From an uncultured Candidatus Saccharibacteria bacterium (GTDB taxonomy: Bacteria; Patescibacteriota; Saccharimonadia; Saccharimonadales; UBA4665), in contig CAZGQU010000002.1 of the NCBI GenBank assembly GCA_964527845.1, positions 1-29,340 on the forward strand: a stretch of 29,340 nucleotides of DNA, in the 5' to 3' direction. Under the pieces are notes generated by a model. The model was not told the origin of the DNA, did not search any database, and saw nothing but the letters and a program-made list of their open reading frames with translations. A program made the translations under genes and the position numbers. Shown piece after piece: positions 28,301 through 29,340 of the stretch; the stretch's first letter is position 1, and every line of letters starts with the position of its first letter.

Positions 28301-29340
28301 CCAGACCTCAAAAGCGGAAGCAATAACTCTACGAGTGAGCGATCACAATCCAATAGATACACCTGATATTGATATCGTTAACGATTCGGTAAATCTTACA
28401 GTTGATGCCGGTGCTGCATCGAAATTAATATTTGCGACTTTGCCGCAAACCATTCAGATCGGTCAAAGCTCGCAGCAAATCAAAATATCGTTGCGTGATG
28501 AAGGCAACAACGAAGCGCACGCCACCAGTGCATTGACAGTAAACCTGGCGTCAAGCTGCACGACAGGCGCATTTTCATTAACTGCTGGTGGTTCATCGAT
28601 TACCCAACTAACGATTCCGACAGGTGAAAGCGATGGTTTTTTCTACTACAAAGCTAATGAGATAGGTGATTGCACAATCACGGTAAGCGCAGCAGATCTC
28701 ACATCGGCGAACCAGACCGAAACGATTACCACACTAGCACCAGTACCAACCAGCCTGAGCATTGATACTGCCCCGCAAACACTTGTTGCTGGCCAAACCT
28801 CGGCGCCAGTATCGGTAAGTCTGAAAGATACGCAAGGTAATGTAATAGCTGCAAATACAACTATTACTGCCTCGCTTACCACCTCAAGTATAAATGGTAC
28901 GCTCCTGCCTGAAACGTTGACGTTCCAGCCTGGTGATATGACCAAAACATTTGTATATCGGGATGGACAAGTTGGCTCTCCAGTAGTGACGGTAAGCGCA
29001 GCAGGTCTTACCTCCGCAAATCAAACCGAAACGATTACTGCTGGTACGCTTACAAAGCTTAACTTAAGCTCACTAGATACGATTGTTACGGCTGGCCAAG
29101 TCGCTACTTTTACTGCGCAACTACAAAACGAATATGGTGCGCCATATGTTGCTACTTCAGATACCACAGTGTATCTTCACACAACAGGTGCTGGAGTAAT
29201 CTCTGACGATAGTAGTACAATTAGCTCGCTCGTCATACCAACTGGACAAAGTACTAAAACATTTGACTATACTCAAACTACCGCTGGCAGCGCCACTCTG
29301 ACTGCTTCAGATATATCCACCCCACCAGAAAGCCCTGATA
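19353..29340 (+). CDS. Giant multidomain surface protein/adhesin (at least 3329 aa, runs off the window): signal peptide, 10 IPT/TIG domains with inserted Kelch, DUF2341, LamG and F5/8-like modules, then about 12 Ig-like repeats
   Basis: Manual translation of frame +3 from TTG 19353 shows no stop to 29340. It begins MLLTRKQTRTAQSAKYAARLITGVLVFAIIVSVGWSSLVGRVYA-ADPPVVSSVSPSSG. It is missing from the track, presumably because it has no stop in the window. Confidence 0.93.
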   Translation, partial: MLLTRKQTRTAQSAKYAARLITGVLVFAIIVSVGWSSLVGRVYAADPPVVSSVSPSSGSVSGGDNVTITGTGFVSGATVKFGAQLSDSVTVVNDTTITATAPTNPASTVDVIVTNPDTQQGKLDEAFRYLGAPPGVSSVAPDNGAESGGTAVTIAGTNFTPPNSTTNTWSNSGATLPSGLLASQTAVIGDTIYMFGGQGSSVIYSAPVSSPTSWTNTGKTLPGTYGYASLAVIDDYVYLFGGWNGSGSGNVIYRASVSDPTSWTNTGATLPGSLGYSQSAVIGDTVYLFGGSPNAGSSASNVIYSAPVSSPTSWTNTGKTLPGNLGFSQLVVVGSAMYLAGGNSGPTAGNTIYTASVDHYRSNQYNKPWITNWGTSKNMVDQSAVSFGGTPATDVTFVSSTQITATTLGHVAGTEDVTVTNYDGQSATLANGFTYNPAPTVSSVSSVSGSVSGGDAVTITGSNFVDGAIVTIGGVAAEDVQFVNATTLTATMPAAESGTYDMAVTNPDGQTGTLAAAYTYTLPPPDITNVSPSAGPIEGGTEVTISGTNLPQWAHRRLFTIDKSKVNSTLTDFPVAVTITDNTLKSIANGGYVGKSNGGDIKFVLPSGTKLSHEIESYDPATGELVAWVKLPKLSNAADTLFYMYYGNKTVTDQWDINTTWSSKYRGVWHFDEPSGNVSDSTTNANTGTNSSTTSTTGKIGSGRTFGGGSYISAGNNSTLNPNAKMTLSFWMKPTANNVNQTPIGKWNTGAGTNNAYGFTLGHDVADSGWVFATQPVGTSYVTASAPASTYTYPANSWSYMVGVADGSYIRTYKDGVEVGTPMPYNGTLKTDSTTDFIIGRLNLISSGYNFGGVIDEPRLLGDSVSSDWIAAEYANQNDPSAFYDVSTDEALVDMHFGSTVADNIVGADGTLVATAPASSEGQVDVSVTTIDGQTDTLANAYTYYEGVLVSSISPTSGSTSGGDTVTISGAGFATGATVKFGNAVATDVTVINDTTITATTPANEAYSADVFVINPDNQVSVLSGGYTYTNPSPAITGISPNRGPPDGGTTVSITGTGFIPQNTSTNTWTNTGATLPVNSNYAAIAVVGDTVYRYGGQSSNAILSAPVSDPTTWTNTGKSLPGNKGGAQLAIIGTKIYLFGGYTSSSVGSVTASIYSASISDPTTWTDTGATLPAGRAIGQLAVIGDTIYWYGGSSSSAPTGSIFSAPVSDPTTWTNTGKSLPAGQYNAQIAVIGDTVYLFSGTNTTNRIYSASTSDPTTWTSAGTLPAGISGAQLLTIGDTMYLLGGGSSTIYSASTSDPTTWTTSGQTLPANLVGSQAAVIGNTAYLFGGSANVIYSASLNHYRPNQYNKPWITNWATNISNDQSTVTFDGTTATNINFVSPTEITATTPAHASGDVDVVVANYDGESDTSANGYTYLTPITLTSVTPSSGGAGGGNSVTITGTNFADGATVTFDGVEATNVEVVNSTTITATTPAHAAGLVDVTVTNTSGSSATLSNGYRFNASPIITSVSPSAGDIAGGTNVTITGTGFQSPKDVAAIANGGTPSSNGNQPTMLTYAFDNDESTYWGSAWYSGGTPSPYIASTFDQTYTVDHISWKGCFIYTNGNWTPPSRIYLYQNGSWVQYTGYSTAAVYAGDFFLSTPQAADGVMFQWPNYGNAVGCNTISAYQTVPAGSGVTFGGSPATNVHFVNDTTITATTPAHARGAVDVVMTVPDGQTATVTDGYTYTDIPRIDSISPTSGSANGGTAVTITGNNFKSGDNVTIGGILATDVVIVNSTTITVTTPANTPGPVDVSVTDPDNNTATLASSFTYTALTPTVSNFSPASDFVEGGQEVTITGSNFDPGRVKQITITNTSSTNYTNYPVKLTLDTAALITAGKLRSDCGDLRIKASNKTTNLPYNVAAGCNTSSTEVWVQLPALSGDSSATIHMTYGNSLLTDNSMPSSITTPPDSNVPTITYGSEQWIMGVTFGGVPAVISAVTSTVITTVAPEHSAANTAVVATSFYGPSATASQQFKYMPSAYAFTNTSLVRAASQPGELILEPRDSEGNPITASYDIVFTLESASTGGLFATTENGSYGINTITLPAGQPNVSFFYKDSTEGNPTITATGLADVKATQEATITSKYRLLVTGVSSPVKAGVPSSVTVQAVDYAGQPLADYTGTVAFTSTDSEAVLPGNYTFTTDANGQHTFVNAVTMRTVGTWCVAATDTSNSIITGQQCSITVVAADAVTPAKLAVITEPQTFAATNASNAITVQAQGTDNTPSPVFTDTKVYVNTDSTTGEFSLDGSDWTSTIPFEVTIPAGISSVNVFYRDRTAGTPELTFADTDNEGTPADLVDTSQTETVVAGEPAQLHIEGAAQLTAGQYGAYSVVLQDIYGNVAVAESAIDAYFTATSATTTFSASSSGVDASNSYHATVGVGENGAVVYVADTTTGSTDIMASDASPADGSTGLDDDVLSVGIIANTALTIVGLPQSAELPVHSERQLTFQFQDTYGNVAPLSSSSTIAYDSTSPTGQFTISTPGWNTNLPASYPISAGTSVTTIQYQDFTVGTPTVTANMAGMTGGSIDLTIVPGSLHHFDFSPANQELIAGQPAALEITAYDQWNNETTSGSDLTINLASTSGNGEFSLSNSPWSSVNSVTLPANAKSATLFYRDTTAGTPTVTATDAANSQHAGSDTPTVVGADPMELYFVSDQQVIAASTPSREITIGLKDQYGNPTRAIADFAVTLTSSSSTGEFSIDGSSNWSADKAVTFNANAFTAYVYFRDSATGTYTLNVASEDYGAAAQQIQVEPGVVGKLSMSTNATMTAGSIYPVTVETQTADSIRAAVAQDTTINISGPGEFSLSDTAWSPITNVVVTQGQAEKAVYFKPTLAGAGTLTAAETPSENWEDGQANVNITAGPIYSLNFTAIPSAITASVPSDVFTVSARDVYGNVTIVNEDTTVYLYSTQTEGAFASSSSGPWTAESIVITAGSSSADFYYQTSKAEAITLRVSDHNPIDTPDIDIVNDSVNLTVDAGAASKLIFATLPQTIQIGQSSQQIKISLRDEGNNEAHATSALTVNLASSCTTGAFSLTAGGSSITQLTIPTGESDGFFYYKANEIGDCTITVSAADLTSANQTETITTLAPVPTSLSIDTAPQTLVAGQTSAPVSVSLKDTQGNVIAANTTITASLTTSSINGTLLPETLTFQPGDMTKTFVYRDGQVGSPVVTVSAAGLTSANQTETITAGTLTKLNLSSLDTIVTAGQVATFTAQLQNEYGAPYVATSDTTVYLHTTGAGVISDDSSTISSLVIPTGQSTKTFDYTQTTAGSATLTASDISTPPESPD
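19830..20500 (+). repeat. Kelch-like repeat insert 1 (4 blades) inside IPT2
   Basis: Four copies of WTNTGxTLP...xAVIGDTVYLFGG...IYSAxVSxPTS. Identical 47-bp DNA copies at 19965-20011 and 20265-20311. Confidence 0.8.
21003..22028 (+). other. DUF2341 + LamG (concanavalin-A-like) insert inside IPT4
   Basis: WAHRRLFTID...LTDFPV...GDIKF...LSHEIESY...VAWVKLP...YMYYGN, then GVWHFDE...MTLSFWMKP...WSYMVGV...TYKDG...FGGVIDEPR...DWIAAEYANQ. Confidence 0.8.
22530..23450 (+). repeat. Kelch-like repeat insert 2 (6 blades) inside IPT6
   Basis: Six repeats of the same motif. Identical DNA copies at 22671-22719/22974-23022 (49 bp) and 23100-23137/23229-23266 (38 bp). Confidence 0.8.
23952..24383 (+). other. 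F5/8 type C (discoidin/CBM32-like) insert inside IPT8
   Basis: YAFDNDESTYW...YIASTFDQTYTVDHISW...NGSWVQ; about 144 aa, aromatic-rich, one Cys pair. Confidence 0.6.
24885..25256 (+). other. Second DUF2341-like insert (no LamG) inside IPT10
   Basis: KQITITN...YTNYPVKLTLDT...GKLRSDCGDLRI...LPY...TEVWVQLP...IHMTYGN. Confidence 0.75.
25413..29340 (+). repeat. About 12 tandem 100-115 aa Ig-like (invasin/Big-like) stalk repeats
   Basis: Recurring KLxFxTxPQTxxAGxxS...ITVxLxDxYGN...TGxFS...W...TIPAG...FxYRDTTAGTPTVTA...QTETIT. Confidence 0.75.

Noticed and set aside
19306-28945. Many short track ORFs on both strands across the last 10 kb
   Set aside because: They are shadows of the giant frame +3 gene; several are recognisably antisense readings of IPT or Kelch codons.
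1-29340. tRNA, rRNA, IS/transposase, integrase or prophage genes
   Set aside because: No cloverleaf, rRNA-like segment, DDE/tyrosine-recombinase motif or terminal inverted repeat was recognised on reading.

Overview
Gene-dense, code-11 bacterial DNA. The gene set suggests Patescibacteria/CPR, probably Saccharibacteria; this is inferred and not tested by search. Left to right: a glycan locus (GT4, priming glycosyl-phosphotransferase, O-antigen-ligase-family protein, GtrA); a structured intergenic segment; a LexA DNA-binding-domain protein lacking the peptidase; a class-I-like cobalamin riboswitch in front of an unrecognised Cys-ended 449-aa protein; nadD; a candidate 29-aa sORF; a DsbA-family gene; a CNNM/CBS gene; aspS; small membrane proteins; a nonsense-split gene; a membrane-anchored SGNH hydrolase; a DMT transporter; and a TPR protein. 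The last 10 kb is one open frame absent from the ORF track (19353 to past the window end, at least 3329 aa). It encodes a giant surface protein with ten IPT/TIG domains that strictly alternate between intact and split. Each split domain carries a passenger (Kelch x4, DUF2341+LamG, Kelch x6, F5/8-type-C-like, DUF2341) in the same loop. About 12 Ig-like stalk repeats follow. No tRNA, rRNA, CRISPR array or transposase was seen. Domain names come from manual motif recognition, not database searches.
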